Of a DNA stretch of 64,000 nt, positions 1 through 13,797 are shown piece after piece. The translations under genes were made by a program, and so were the position numbers. Every line of letters begins with the position of its first letter. Within the stretch, counting starts at the first letter, position 1. Below the pieces are notes generated by a model, which searched no databases, was not told the origin of the DNA, and saw only the letters and a list, made by a program, of their open reading frames with translations. The stretch comes from Zootoca vivipara (taxonomy: Eukaryota), in assembly GCF_963506605.1 (NCBI RefSeq), contig NC_083276.1, positions 32,984,001-33,048,000 of the forward strand, written 5' to 3'.

Positions 1-374
1 TGCAGGGAGTTGGTTAGGCTCCCCTCTCTGTAGTCTGAAATGGTACCATCTACTCAGGATTCCCACTACTTCCTTCTGCTGTGTGTGTGTAGAGTAGGCA
101 AAGGCAGCCTGAGTCCAATCAAATGGCAAAAGAGCTCTCAGATCCCACATCTTAATATGGCATTTAAAGTCCTGGGAGTTTCCTCCACCCCACCCACACC
201 TTGTTTGTTAAAGCCAGCTACATAATATTTTGAACACTTAAGTCTGGCACTGGTATTAAAGCTGTTTGCAGAGAATCTGGAGCAAGCACAAAGAAAGGTC
301 TGTTTTGCTGGCTTTGGAATTGTGCCAACTTGACTGCCAGAATCTTTGGAGCGTTTGCTCTTCAGCCAAACCTT

Positions 375-376
<2 letters not shown>

Positions 377-410
<34 letters not shown>
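377..410. repeat. (AC)n microsatellite
   Basis: Direct reading. Confidence 0.97.
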
Positions 411-415
<5 letters not shown>

Positions 416-1565
416 ACCACTTGAGCATGTTGATATGCAATATTCTAGTACGGCCCCATTTATTTCACAGTGATGGCTGAATAGACCAAACATGCTCTTG
501 CTCTGCCAAAAAAAAAAAAGGCGAGTAAAAAAAAGATGTAGATCTTGTTGCTAAAAAGGCTAAAGTGAATACTGGTACCAGCTGCAGTGCCAGGCAACAA
601 GGAAATCCTAAGCGAGCTGTCTCACAACTTCCAGAAGGGAAGTCACAATTGGCAACAACAGTTTGCCAAAGAGAACGGGATGCTAAAGCTGGGAACTCTG
701 TCAAGAAGAAGTAGGATCACAGGAAACTCTCAATAACCGTGTAATTAATACTTTTGAATTTTTTTGGTTGTTCTGATGCAGGGGTAGCCAACATGGGAAT
801 TCCTCAGATATTGTTGGACTACAACTCCCAACAGCTCCAGCCAACATGGCTTGTGATCGGGGATGGTGGGAGATATTGGTTACCCTTGTTTCTGATGCAA
901 CACTTTGCAAGAATGTTTACTACTACTGTACTACGACTACGACTATTGGAATGGAAAGTATTGTTTCCTGTGAATAATTATAATTGTGGAAGAAACACTG
1001 ATATACACTACAGTTATTGGCACAGTCACAAGGACTAGACACTATATTCCTGTAGTGGATACTGAAATGTGGACAAAGGATTTGACACCTGAGATGATGT
1101 GTCCAATTCTGAAATCGTCATCAGAGACCACTCTAATTGCTTCTAGGGGGGGGGGGATTAAAGAACAAAAGATATGGGTTAACAATTTTTTCCTGGAAGG
1201 TTTTAGCATGATAACCCTCCCACCTTCTCTAATATACATACTAGTTTGTCATTAATTATGATCTCAGTATCAGTTGTTAGCTAGTGAACAAGATTTCCCT
1301 TACAAGGAAATATCCTCCTAAGTATGTACATAAGAATGTAATACGTCATCACACTCTGCAATATGTGTGGCCATCAGCAGGCAGCCATGCCAACTGCAGC
1401 ATGAGGAACAGCAGCCCGGCCCAAGCAAGCTGTATAATGGGTGGTGTTGAACCTTCCATTAAATGTGCCTGCAGCAAGGTTCAATAGAGGGGTGGGGGGA
1501 CCCTTTACCCAGCCTACAGAGGGGAGAGGTAATTCACAGAGCAGCTGCACTGTGAAATGCATGTG

Positions 1566-1566
<1 letters not shown>

Positions 1567-1598
<32 letters not shown>
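1567..1598. repeat. (AC)n microsatellite
   Basis: Direct reading. Confidence 0.97.
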
Positions 1599-1600
<2 letters not shown>

Positions 1601-3088
1601 CCTCATTTCATGTGGGATTGGCAAACTGATGGGCAGGTGGAAACTCACACCCAGCCCCACCAATCTCCTTCAAACCCCCTGAGGAGGATTGACAGGTGGG
1701 AAGTGTGTATGAGGATGGAAAGAGATATGGGGAGTTAGCATGGGGGTAAAATGAGCTGTGGGAGGTGGCTGTGGGGTGGAAGGAGCTGTGATGTTTGGGA
1801 GTGATGTGTAAAGCATGGGGAGTTGGCAAGGGAGGGAGGTGGAGTTGGCAAGCAGAACGAGCAAAGGTGGAGCTCCTAATACTGAAATAAATTCCTGGGA
1901 TCAATAGTAACAACAGGAATTTCATCAATAAGTAGGACAAGGCTTTCCCCTTTCAATATGACTTCATTGCCAGTGTCAAGATCCATTAGGAAGCGATGCA
2001 TTTTTCCCAACCATGGGCAGCTACTGTTTCTCACTCACAGGTTCTGTGCATAGGCCTACTGTTGCAGTCTGAATGCTGCCCTTCCCTTTTTGGCTGACTT
2101 CCAGTTCCATTCGCAGAGCAGGTAAGGATGGAAAGGAGCTAGCCGGAAAGGGCAGCTGTCAAGCACCACTGGGGTGCTTCTGTACCAGTAAGCCCCTATT
2201 CTTTGGAGTGAACTTAGCTGACAATGCTGCTCTGTTGGCTTTTACTTCTTTTCCAGCTTGGAGTACCAGATAAAAATGGAAGAAGGCATTCCAGAATGTT
2301 GAGCTTTGGCTGCCTTATACTGCCTTATATTGAGTCTGAAAAGGTTCTCTATCCCTGCTCTTCCCTGACTCACAGGGAACCACCAGGGTTGTAGACCAGA
2401 AGTCCTTCCCAGCCCTACTTGGAGATGCCAGGGATTCAATCTGAGACCTCTGGCATGAAAAGCAGGTGCTGTACCCCTGAGCTTCAGCCACTTCCCTTCG
2501 GCATGCTGCGGGCATAAGGACATTTGAGAAAAATACCCCCAACTCCAAATGACAGGTAGGATGATCAGACAGACTATAAGGACAACAGTTGTGTAGAATT
2601 GTGGCTTTTGGTTAGTTCAGTTATTCTTAACTCCTGCATGAGAAGCGATACTTGGACCTGCCCTAAGGTCCTGCCCAGGGCCTTAGTGGTCACCCTAATG
2701 ATAGGATAGCATTTGACTCATGAAAGGTCATTTTCATAGCTGCCTCCAGCATGGGGTCCTCTGCACACTATGACATCCAGCTGTGAGGGCCGTCATGGGG
2801 AAGTTCTTGTCACACCAGAACTCTCTACAGAGTTTTTGCACACTGTTGATCCACAGTGGTCAGTAGTCAATATTGGCCTTCTCACCGTTGCCTCAAGACA
2901 CATTATCTGCAGATGTCCCAGCTCACCCAGAGGACAGTATGGAAGTGGTTATGAATAGAGGCAATTACAAAATCTGAGTTCCAATCTTTGATCAGCTGTA
3001 AATTCCCTTGGCGCTTGATGTAAGTCACACAAAGTTCTTCATCTGTAAAATGGGAATTGTGGTGACCTTCTTCATAAGCTTGAATTAT

Positions 3089-3092
<4 letters not shown>

Positions 3093-3130
<38 letters not shown>
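3093..3130. repeat. (AC)n microsatellite
   Basis: Direct reading. Confidence 0.97.
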
Positions 3131-3134
<4 letters not shown>

Positions 3135-5223
3135 CAGCACTGTTACCTTAAGACTTGAGGATAGGGTAGATAATTCTAAATCTAAATTAAAACTACAGAA
3201 CTGAGCTGCCCCAGAAATGAAGAATGGTTCCTTTAAAGTATCCCTGGCTATTTGGCTTATGGGAATTGTAGTCCACAACTTCTGAAGGGCACTGTATTGG
3301 CTACACCTGCCTTAAAGCAAGAGGTATTTTGGAACCTTAAAAACATTAGTATGCAAAGTGAATCAGGGATTATGGATCATGGATCACTTGCTTGTCAGGA
3401 GCAACAACTGGTGATCCTAAAATTAATAACCAAAGTTGTTCAGACTGTGTGTGTTGTTCTGTCCCATTAATCTTTTGGTGTTTTTGTGTGAGCTTTCTTA
3501 GCTGCATTTTGGTATGCTGAGTCAAGCAACAACAAAAAATATCTAGCCTTTTAGGTACCACAGCATCGAGCATTCATCATCACTACTGTTGAGGAAGCAA
3601 AAAGCTGGCCTATCTTGGGGGGGGGGGTGAAGAATCTCATATTTGACTAAAGGGAGCCTCAGCTTGCAAGGTTTTCTAGCAATGAAACTGGTCAATAAAC
3701 CAATTAAAACCAACTCTGATTGAAATCTCTCCAAATGGTTTCATAGAACGTGTTTATCTCTCCTAGTAACAACTTTGGATCAGGGGAGTAAGATTGACGC
3801 CAGTCGCAGAGGAAACAAGCCGTTAGATGGAATGCAGTTAATGTTGGGAATTTCCAAAACTGCTTGACAATGAATTGCTCCCTTTCTTTTCCTCACAGTC
3901 CATTTGATCTTTAGAGATTGCTATGCAGAACTGGTTGGTACAACCACAAACAATGCAGCAAAATATACAAAACTGCCAGAAGAGTGTTTGTTTACGTTGG
4001 TGCATTTAGCTATCTCTGGCACAGACATCTTACAAAATCTGGTTCTCTGCGTACAGGATTTGGAGCTTGTAGGAATGGGGTGTGATTTTCATAATGCTTC
4101 TGTAAGCAACGAGTGGAGGAATCCTACTGTATCTTAAGACCGTAAGACGAAAGGTGGGCTATCAATGTAATGAGTAAATAAATAAATCAATGCCAAGATT
4201 GGTGCCAGGTGGGCTTCCCTGGGAGAGCATTCCATGCAGTTTGTCTCCTCCCATTTCCTCCTGTAGGAGAAGATTGGACACAGAAAGGAAAATGACCCAT
4301 CCTACCACATCCCACTAGGGCACCTTAAAGCTGAACAGCAATGATTCGGTGCTGCAGAATTGTCCACCCTTTATTCCAGTAGGACAGGACCCTTAAGAGA
4401 TTTTCACAAGTGCGACAAAATGTCACTCTCTGGCCATTAAAAAAGGTGGAGATTAGTATGGTTGTTGGTGTTTCTGCCACTCTAAAATGTCCTGCCCTAG
4501 CGTCTATTTTGCATTGCCTCGGGGTAACTTTCAAAGGCGCTCATCTCACTCTTCTTCCTCCTTCCTCCTTGAGGAATGAATATGACACAACAGACAAAGG
4601 GAAAGAAAATGGGTGGAAAAGTCCCTTGGAAACAGAAGCAGAAGAACATACAGGAAATGGCCTGTGAAAGAGTCCCATTCCAATGAGACGGAAGGAACAA
4701 ACACATAGCCTACCCATGGGTTGCTCCCACTGCTGCTGAAAAAAGCCCCACATACCATCAACTTCACGCTTTTAGTTTGAGAACGTGCTACCTATTTTAA
4801 TGGTCGGGATGGGCAGATAGTAGATCACTGTCTCCTGGTAGACTTCTAGGTTATTTGCAGTAGGAGATTCTGACTGCCACCCTTCAAATCAGCCGGTTAA
4901 AATTGTGAAAGCATGGGGTGACTAGGAATGGATTTTTGTATCCAAGAACTGCAAGCTCAGCTTAGTTCTAGACATTGAATCAAATCCCATTTCCCAGCAA
5001 CTGTTCAAACAAACCAAGTTCTTTTATTCTCCGTGTTCACATTTTCAACCTGGCTCTTATTATTGGATCAGGATTTTATTTTATTTTACAAAAATGTAAA
5101 GTTAGGTTTGCCATACATCTAGAATTGACGTCCAGGGAGAATTTCCGAAAGGTGGCTCTTTGTCAAGTCAATCGAAAAATCACAGTTTTGGGGAATATTT
5201 GGGGTCTTCCTATAAAAAGCTCA

Positions 5224-5580
5224 GGGACGCGGGTGGCGCTGTGGGTTAAACCACTGAGCCTAGGGTTTGCCGATCGGAAGGTCGGCAGTTCAAATCCCCG
5301 TGATGGGGTGAGTTCCCATTGCTTGGTCCTTGCTCCTGCCCACCTAGCAGTTCGAAAGCACGTCAAAGTGCAAGTAGATAAATAGGTACCGCTCCAGCGG
5401 GAAGGTAAATGGCGTTTCTGTGTGCTGCTCTGGTTTGCCAGAAGCGGCTTAGTCATGCTGGCCACATGACCCAGAAGCTGTATGCCAGGTCCCTTGGCCA
5501 GTAAAACGAGATGAGTGCCGCAACCCCAGAGTTGTCCGTGGCTGGATCTAATGGTCAGGGGTCCCTTTACCTTTTACTTA
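5224..5580 (+). mobile_element. Full-length Sauria SINE nested in an older TIR element (~5102-5644)
   Basis: tRNA-like head, (ACCTTT)n tail, TSD CCTATAAAAAGCTCA at 5209-5223 / 5581-5595; host ends TAGGTTTGCCATA...TATGGCAACCCTA. Confidence 0.9.
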
Positions 5581-6517
5581 CCTATAAAAAGCTCAGCAAC
5601 TTTTGGGGTGTCCTGGTATTTACTTTTGAAATATGGCAACCCTAGATTCCTCAAACATGGTCTGCCCACCCTAGGCTAAGTCATAGGAACATAGGAGGCT
5701 GCCTTATACCAAGTCAGACTATTTGGCCATTGAGCCAAGTACTGATTGCTCTGACTGGCAGGGACCAACTCTTCCTGGTCTCTGTAATTCGAGGAAATAA
5801 ACCTAGAACTTAGTACATGCAAATCATGTGTCCTATGGCAAAGTGAACTAGATTTGAAAGGGTTGGGTCTAATGGTGTTGCTCAACTGACAGTTAGCTTG
5901 CCATCAACAGAATTGGGGAAGAAAGCAATTGGGGGGGGAGTGAAGAGGTCTGGAGAGGACAGGAGGAGGACAGAGGTGCCAACTTGAATAAAATATTAGG
6001 CTGGGGCAGGTAAGCCCCACCCCGCATAATCGATCACAAGACGCGGCACGCACACACCATTTGAATGGCAATGCCCATCAACTTGGGGGGGGGGTTGGCC
6101 TTGAATATTTTATGGGGGAGCCCAAAGGGGCTTTGGCCCCTAGGAGTTGGCTCCTATGGGAAAGGAAGAGGGACTCCCACTGTGTACACAGAAGTATGTT
6201 GTAGGAGTGCAGCTGCAGCACTGGATACAGCCCATTTGGCATTTTGCTGTCCATTTCTTCTGCTATCCTAAGGCATAGCATCAGTCACTGGGGGAAGCCT
6301 CCAAGTGGCATTGCTCCACGGGGCAGGTCATAACATTTGTAAGCCACTTTTACAGGCTCAGTCTGTAAATGAAGGATCTTCATAACAAACACCAATGACC
6401 ACCAAAACGTGTGGTTTTCCAGGCTTGCATATAACACAAGGTCCCACAGACATAAAGTTCTGCCTCAGAGAAACGGGATTTGGTAGCCATTTTAGTGGGC
6501 TGTAGTTAATGAAATAG

Positions 6518-6828
6518 GGACATGGCTGGCGTTGTAGTTTAAACCACTGTGCCATTTGGATTTGCCGATCTGAAGGTAGGCAGTTCAAGGCCCCGTAATG
6601 GGGTGAGCTCCCATTGTTCGGTCCCAGCTCCTGCCAACCTAGCAGTTTGAAAGCACACAGTGCAAGTAGATAAATAGGTACCACTCCGGCGGGAAGGTAA
6701 ATGGCGTTTACGTGCGCTGCTCTGGTTTCGCCAGAAGCGGCTTAGTCATGCTGGCCACATGACCTGGAAAAACTGTCTGCGGAAGCAGACAAACGTCGGC
6801 TTCCTTGGCCTGTAAAGCGAGATGAGCG
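6518..6828 (+). mobile_element. Sauria SINE lacking its 3' tail
   Basis: High similarity to 5224-5580; TSD GTAGTTAATGAAATAG at 6502-6517 / 6858-6873. Confidence 0.88.
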
Positions 6829-7807
6829 GTAGTTAATGGTAGTTAATGAACTTAACGGTAGTTAATGAAATAGCTATGAGGGTGTTGATAACAGCTGGTC
6901 AGAGGAGGAGGGGCTGCAGAAGATATCCAAGTACTATTAGTGGTCAAACTTTGTAAGAAGAGGAGGCATTGTCTGTTGTTCTCCCTGACATCTTAGTTTT
7001 CTATGTGCAGGGATTTCTTTGGTTGTGGAAGAACATAAAATCATGTGAGCCACATCTACAAATCTCCCCCTTCCCCTGCTCTGCTCTTTGTGAGAACTAG
7101 GCCTTTGCTCACTGAACTAGGGAATTCCCAGGACATGGCTTCCTTCCTCCTCTTCAGTGCTGACTCTTGAAGAAATTCAATCACTTTGACATTATAGTGC
7201 AATAAAATTTTCTTCAGGCAAAATGCCATTATATTTTCCTCTTTGGTGTTGCAGCTGTTACTGTGGAGATTTAGGACAAAATTCTTTCAGCATTTTTGGT
7301 CTGTTCTCGAGAAAAAGATTAAGAAGATAGTCAGCATTTCATCAGACTGAGAGCTAATGCTGATGTAATATCCTACTTTGTAAGCACCAGGTATCTCTCA
7401 TTCTTAGCGAAAGGCTCTAAGAAGATTTAATTTATACACACTAGCAAGGTGTTATTTGAAAGTCCCAAGTGTAAATAGATGCTACTGGCATTTAATGTGA
7501 CCAGAAGGTGTATGTAGACTCTGTAAGTTAGAGTGAAATATTTATGTGTGGTCCAAATAAAGAAGTAAGCTGACTAGCTCACCGTACCAAAGTTTCTTCT
7601 GTGATGTCAGAGCAGCTAAGCCAATAGCGACAGAGGGACTATGATGTGCTGGGCCTGCAGGAAGCCCTCTGGTGTGATAGTGCTTCTTGTAAACCTAGGA
7701 GGAATCAGTGGTGAGATTATTGAACGAAGATAAAGAAGACCCAGGTCAGCCTTGAAGCTCACTGGGTGACTTTGGGTCTGTCACCATCTCTCAGCCTAAC
7801 CTACCTC

Positions 7808-7932
7808 CATGGGCATAGCCAGGATTTTTTTGGGGGGGGGCTTTTGTTGGGGGGGCATAACTTCATATTCATTTTGATTTGTATTGATTTCGATTTATTT
7901 GGGGGGCAGCTGCCCCCTTGGCTACACCCATG
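7808..7932. mobile_element. hAT-type MITE nested in a Squam3-like SINE (~7705-8015)
   Basis: CATGGGCATAGCCA...TGGCTACACCCATG ends; TSD CCTACCTC/CCTACCCC. Confidence 0.75.
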
Positions 7933-8015
7933 CCTACCCCCCAATATTCGTCTGAGGAAAGAAGGTGAAGGTTGTGCAAAACCTTGTGCTCCACTTTGAG
8001 CTTCTTTGGAAGAAG

Positions 8016-8690
8016 GGGGGTTCCCGCCTACGTCAGCCCGGAGCCAACAATCCGGCCGCCTGGGGGCGTGTCTAGCCGTTCTTAAGCAGACTGCAGGCGG
8101 GAACCCGGTCTCTTTCGCTCCAGCTCCCAGCTGCATCAGTTCACCCGCCCGCCCACCCTTTAGGCTAGGCTGACGCTGCTATGGACTTCGATTGGTCGCC
8201 TGGTTGGCCAGGCGCCTGGTAGGACTTTTCCCACTTGGGCTAGCCAAGATGGTTTTTTCGCCTACCTCGTAGCAATCCGTCACAACTATTGATTTGGCAG
8301 TTAGGCATTGGATATTATAGTAAAAGATGAGCGGGGGGGGGCAGGTAGCGCCATCACCTGCCCAGGAAATGGAGGAGTATTCCATTCAAGGTTTCTGGGG
8401 GCGGGGCTTGGTCCAGAGCCTGGTGAGGCCAGGGCCGTAAGGCACGCCCCTAACGGTGATCACAGGAGGAGTTTCGGTTGATATACATCACTGAGCTCCT
8501 TACTGGTGGTTAACTTCTCCCAGACTCCAACACACGGGTTGGAGTCAGACATAGTCGGTTAGGATCCAATGCCTAAGCCAATACTGCTCAACATCCGTAA
8601 CCAATAAAGTTGTGGCCTTTTCGCCCATTTAAATCTATCTTTTGTGTCTTGTGTTTTATTTCCACTGGGAAGGAGGGACATTGCCACACA
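8016..8690 (+). mobile_element. CpG-rich solo terminal-repeat-like element (LTR or DIRS/Ngaro type)
   Basis: Abrupt GC/CpG-rich block with TATA-like TATATTATAG and CCAATAAAGTTGTGGCC poly(A) motif; no TG start or TSD found. Confidence 0.5.
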
Positions 8691-9031
8691 ATGTTTATAG
8701 TTCATTATACTAACAGGCCATTGGATCTGCATATATTGTGTATATATTAGTGGGGTAGGAGAGCTGGAAAAAAAAATCACATCTGGAAACCAATGCACCC
8801 CTTTGGTTTCAAATAGTGAATGGGTAGATGAGTCTAAAAAGCCCGGGACACAAATTTTCATGGTCCTCTAGTGGCTGTGGTGGCTCATTTACCAGAAGCA
8901 ATGTATTTAGTGTTAACTCTGGATGTGTATATTCAGTTCTGACCAAGCTTAGTCAGAACTGAGTATACACTTCCAGAGTCTCTTTAAGAAACATGTCTGA
9001 TCTGTAGTTGAAGCTTCCCTCCTCGGATGTA

Positions 9032-9307
9032 CCGTATATTGGCCCAAATATAAGCTGCACCTGCAAATAAACTACACCTTTAAAATTCATGGGAGGGGGT
9101 GGAAGAGAAAAAAAGACAATACCCAAATATAAGCCGCTCCCTGAAAATTCCGCAGGCAGTCATACTCGTAAATAGCAAATGTGAAAGAAAATCCTACAGC
9201 AATATCGTAAACGCCAATTTTTCTAAGGTCAAGAATTTAAGCCGCACTTTAACTTTTCACGATTGGAATTTGGAAAAGAAGTGTGGCTTATATTCAGGCC
9301 AATACGG
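9032..9307. mobile_element. Tc1/mariner-type MITE
   Basis: TA-CCGTATATTGGCC...GGCCAATACGG-TA with subterminal TATAAG repeats. Confidence 0.8.
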
Positions 9308-9856
9308 TAGTTCCTTCCATAGTACTGTACAATAGGATCTAGCTGGAACTTTCATCTTGCCTGGGTCGCAAGTCCTAGCTGCTTATGTTGGTTGCTGTTC
9401 TGTTGTTCACTTCTTCCTGGTTTGGGGCAGATCCATTGCAAAGCTTCCTCACACAAAAACATGGCGTACTGTACCCCATCCCATGAGTTAGTGTGTGTTG
9501 ACGATGGTTTATTGGAACTGGTCAGTCATACAAAGTGTGCTAGGCTGGAATATGTTGTGAGCTGTAGTTTGAGCCAGCTAATGAGGCAAACTGCGTGATG
9601 ACCTACTTCACTGAGCCCTTTTCCCAGGTATGCATTTCTAGAACTAAAGTAATGGAAGGCTTGCAACACAGGCGGGAGTTGTGAGTGGTTTGTCCCAAGG
9701 CTTGTTTTCTATTCTCCTGACCATCTTCAGAAGAGGTTCAGAGGACAGCAACCATTTTGTTTACATCCTTCTTTGAAATGCAGGACCCAGAACTGGGCAC
9801 AGTACTATACAGCAGTTGAGTTGTGACTCATGAATGAATAAATAAAACACTATTAA

Positions 9857-9946
9857 CATAGCTGCCAAGTTTTCCCTTTTCTCGTGAGGAAGCCTATTCA
9901 GCATAAGGGAAAATCCCTTAAAAAAGGGGATAACTTGGCAGCTATG
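9857..9946. mobile_element. 90-bp MITE, TIR CATAGCTGCCAAGTT
   Basis: Perfect TIRs; flanked by TATTAA on both sides. Confidence 0.85.
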
Positions 9947-10224
9947 TATTAAGGAAATTAAACAAGGGGAATGGCAAAAGAGTTCAAAAGTATACCATTT
10001 TGAAGGCTACTTTATAATGCCTTGTGAACTATTGCAGTGGTGGGGAACTGCCACCTCATGGACCTAATCAGGCCTAATTTGGCCCATGAGGCCATTTTGG
10101 TGCCCACCTGCCCTATACCTGATGTCACATTTTGTTGGGAAACTGATATAAGATATGTATGCAGTGGAAGGTTGGCTCTTGTCACAGTACCAGTCGCCAC
10201 ACGGAAGCAGAGTAGTGTCTAAAT

Positions 10225-10360
10225 CAGGCATCCCCAAACTTCGGCCCTCCAGATGTTTTGGACTACAGTTCCCATCATCCCTGACCACTGGTCCTGTTAG
10301 CTAGGGATCATGGGAGTTGTAGGCCAAAACATCTGGAGGGCCGCAGTTTGGGGATGCCTG
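10225..10360. mobile_element. 136-bp palindromic hAT-type MITE
   Basis: TIR CAGGCATCCCCAAAC; perfect 8-bp TSD GTCTAAAT. Confidence 0.9.
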
Positions 10361-11569
10361 GTCTAAATCTTTTACAGTTGTAGAAGTAATAGGCTCAGCA
10401 AACAGCTTTGAGGGGAGTTCAGAAAATTAAGTTCTGGCTTGTAGGCTTTTCAGATACAGATATATACATATATGAAGTATAACCATTGCTGTAACTAGCA
10501 CCAACTAAACAAGAGACAAAACAGTAGCAATGGAGCAGGTAAAAGACACAATGATGGTTCAATCTTGCATAGCCCTGTGCAATGCACCTCACAAGCTGCC
10601 ATGACCAGTTTTGCAGGGCTTGCAAAGCATGGTAACTTTGATTTCGAACTAGATGGGCAAGGTTTTATTTCGAACTAGATGGGCAAAATGGGGGGGGGGG
10701 AGTCCCACTGATCTGAAGACATTTCTGAGTTGTTAACACATAGGATTTTGCTGACCCGGGTAAAAAGAGCTGAGTGTAAAACGGGTCTGAAGTTTATCGA
10801 GTGCTTTTGATGATGTGGCATAAAGAAGTTAGGCACGAGGCAGTTGTTGCTGTTAGCAGAACTGCTGACAGGATGTACCGCCCGGTCTGACTTTTGGACA
10901 ACCCTGTGAAGGAGTGGCTCATATTAATAGATGGTATGGGGTCAAACCTTCATCCCATAGGCACTCCCCTATATGAGGGTACAGCTGAAAATCTGTCCCT
11001 GCAAGAGACAGGTTGATGCCAATCTCTGTCATAGACTGAGAGCGCCTCTAGAGGATCTGCTTATGGAGCAATTGTTCTGATGTGCTTACGCAGAAATTAA
11101 TGTGGATATTATAATATATCTGTTCTTTGTTGAGCCTTCATTCTTATTTGCTTGCCAGGCAAGCAAGTTGTACAACAGTGAGCATTCATTCTGCATTCTT
11201 CCTGATTTGCTCGTGGGGGGGGGGTCTTCAATCATTCATTCCACACTTTTCGATGCATTTTCCTAACACTTTCTTAAGTGAAAAAAAATCTGCTTTTGTT
11301 TTGTGTGTGCTTTTTTTAAAAAGTGAAAGTGTTGTGCCAGGATGGCAGAGCACTCAAATCTACTGTTTTTGTTTGTTTGTTTCCCCACATCAATTTGTAT
11401 AGCGCTTAATCAGTGTCATATTTTAATTGTGGAAACCTAAATTTCTAATATGTGATTGAATCCCCTCCACAAAATACTGCAGGTAACTTGGCTGATGTCA
11501 AGCCCAAATAAGCAATCTGCATCTCTGCTTTCATTTTATGCAGCCCACAAGACCTCTTGAAGTTCATAG

Positions 11570-11720
11570 TATCATAGAATTGTTGAGTTGGAAAAGACCG
11601 TGAGGGTCATCTAGTCCAACCCCTTGCAATGCAGGAATCTCACTTAAAGCATCCATCACAGATGGACATACACCCTCTTCTTAAAAACATCCAGTGAAGG
11701 AGAGTTACCATCTTCCGAGA
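11570..11720 (-). mobile_element. CR1 LINE 3' end
   Basis: ATCATAGAAT tail and GTCATCTAGTCCAACCCC motif. Confidence 0.75.
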
Positions 11721-13797
11721 GAGAGAAGCAGGTCAATGGGCTCTTGGCAGATCCCCAAATATGCCTGTCCTTAATGTCAGTCCTGAGAAAGGCAGCTTAC
11801 TCTTTCCTGCACTGTAGGCCAGGTACCAAGGAACACCCCAGCTTGGCCCACAACATTCCTAAAAAAACAAACTGGGGTGTAACAAGTGCTCATTGAGGAT
11901 TACTCAATGTTTGTGCTGACTGGTAAGGAGAGGCAAGGTGGGAGATGTCAGCCAATCCACCTCAACATCCTTCCTTAGCAGCCTTACTGATCTTCAGACA
12001 TATGAGTTTCCTCAGGAAGTGAGGAAGGAGAGAGAAACGCCAGATGCGGCTTATTGCTACAGATGTGGCTCTTTTGTGTGTTTCTGTATTTTGCCCTGTT
12101 GCTTCTGTGGACAAGGGAAGAGGTTTTTCTTGCTTTGGACATTTGTAGGCAACCATTCATACCCCCTACCACTCAGAGTTAGAGCTGAGTGGTAGGGGGT
12201 TGGAAAGTGGGTAGTGGTGGTGAAAGCTGTTAAGTTGCTCAGAAACCACAGAGTGGGACCCTCTTGAAGTGAGAGACAGAGGAGGAGTGGACTGTCCTAA
12301 GTGGGGGGAAACAGGTGGGAAGTGTTGCTACGACCACTGGTTGCTAAATATGTCTGAAAGTCTTATGGTTCTTTTCTATTTAGGTTTTTGATTAAATTGG
12401 ACTTTGTAATTTTTGTCTTTTTAGTTTTGGTTGCCTTATGAGAGAATTGTTATTTTGTTGGTCTTGTGGCCTAAATAGAATGATTTTGTGATATTTGTAT
12501 GCTGTTGTTTTTCTCTGTTTATTTATTCCCTGTTCTGGGATTAAATGAAAAGTGGGCTGTAATTACTATAAATTAATTAATGGAGGGAAATACAAATGCA
12601 ACCAAATTTGAATTTGCCTGGGCAAATTTTGTGGGCAGTAGGTCATGGTCACACACCTGGGATTCTCTCACTGCACCACTATCCTAGGATAACCCAGGAA
12701 ATGGAGGATTTGGGCACGTGGAGATCTTTCCAGTCCAGTATTTGTAGAGATGAGAGTGCAAATGTTGATTCATTGTTTAGTAGTTGCTTCACACCTATCA
12801 CTGCATGGGGTGGTACACAGCATGGTACCCTCCAGATGTTGTAAGACTACAACTCCCACCCTCCCTGACCATGGGCCATGCTGGTTGGGGCTGATGGGAG
12901 TTGGAATCCAACGGTTGGTGGGCACCATGTTGGCTTTTACTGCCCATTGCCTTTCCTTGAGCTTCTTGCTAAGCCACAGTAAATTATCTGTTCAATTTTG
13001 GGAACTTGTGGCTCTTTGGATTCCATCAGCTCCAGCCAACAGGAGCAATGGTGAGCGATAATAAGAGCTGTAGTCTAACAACATGACGCATGTCCCCCAT
13101 CCCTTGCCTTAAATCATGGCAGAGATGAGAGAACGGAACAAGAGAGAAATATTATTTGTCATTTCCATTACAGTTGTGGACACTGCTGTCGAGTCAAGAA
13201 CAGTAAGAAAGGCCTATCTCTTTCCCAGATGTGCAAAGAGCCTGGATGTAAAGTGAAAGCTGGCAGAAGTTTCTTGTTTATAAGTTGGCTTTGATCGCTT
13301 GATTAAAATTTGCTTTCCTTTTGTCCAGATAGAGGCCACAGTGTGGGTGTACGAAATATGAGATGCAGCAGTTTATTGCAGGCGCAGGCAGAACTCAGCT
13401 CCATTTAAGGCTGGAGACAAACAAGAGTGGTCTTTTCATACTGACATTAAGATTTAAGTATGCACGACTAGTACATTCATAAAACTTATTAGGTTAATGA
13501 ATGTGTTTATGATCCCACAGCATTGCAGCAGAATTTTAAAAGGTATGACAGTAGCTACGAGTTGTTTCCAATGAAGCCATGCAATTAGTGCATGGAATTC
13601 CACATGTAACAGCAGGATTCCTTTATTTTCTTGCTTGCCCCTCACAACTCCAACATCTGTTCCAGAAGGTTACAGGGGAACCCAGAACAGGTTTGTGGGG
13701 ACATGAGAGGGGGAGGAAGTTCTGCTGCGCATGTGGAAGGCCTTTCACTAATGGACTTTGTTGGATAAAACTCTGTATTTTTACATATACTGTAGAA

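Noticed and set aside
4975-5465. Recurrent ORFs such as MASMTK..GTYLSTCTL (also at 18776, 28103, 35501)
   Set aside because: Translations of Sauria SINE copies, not a gene family
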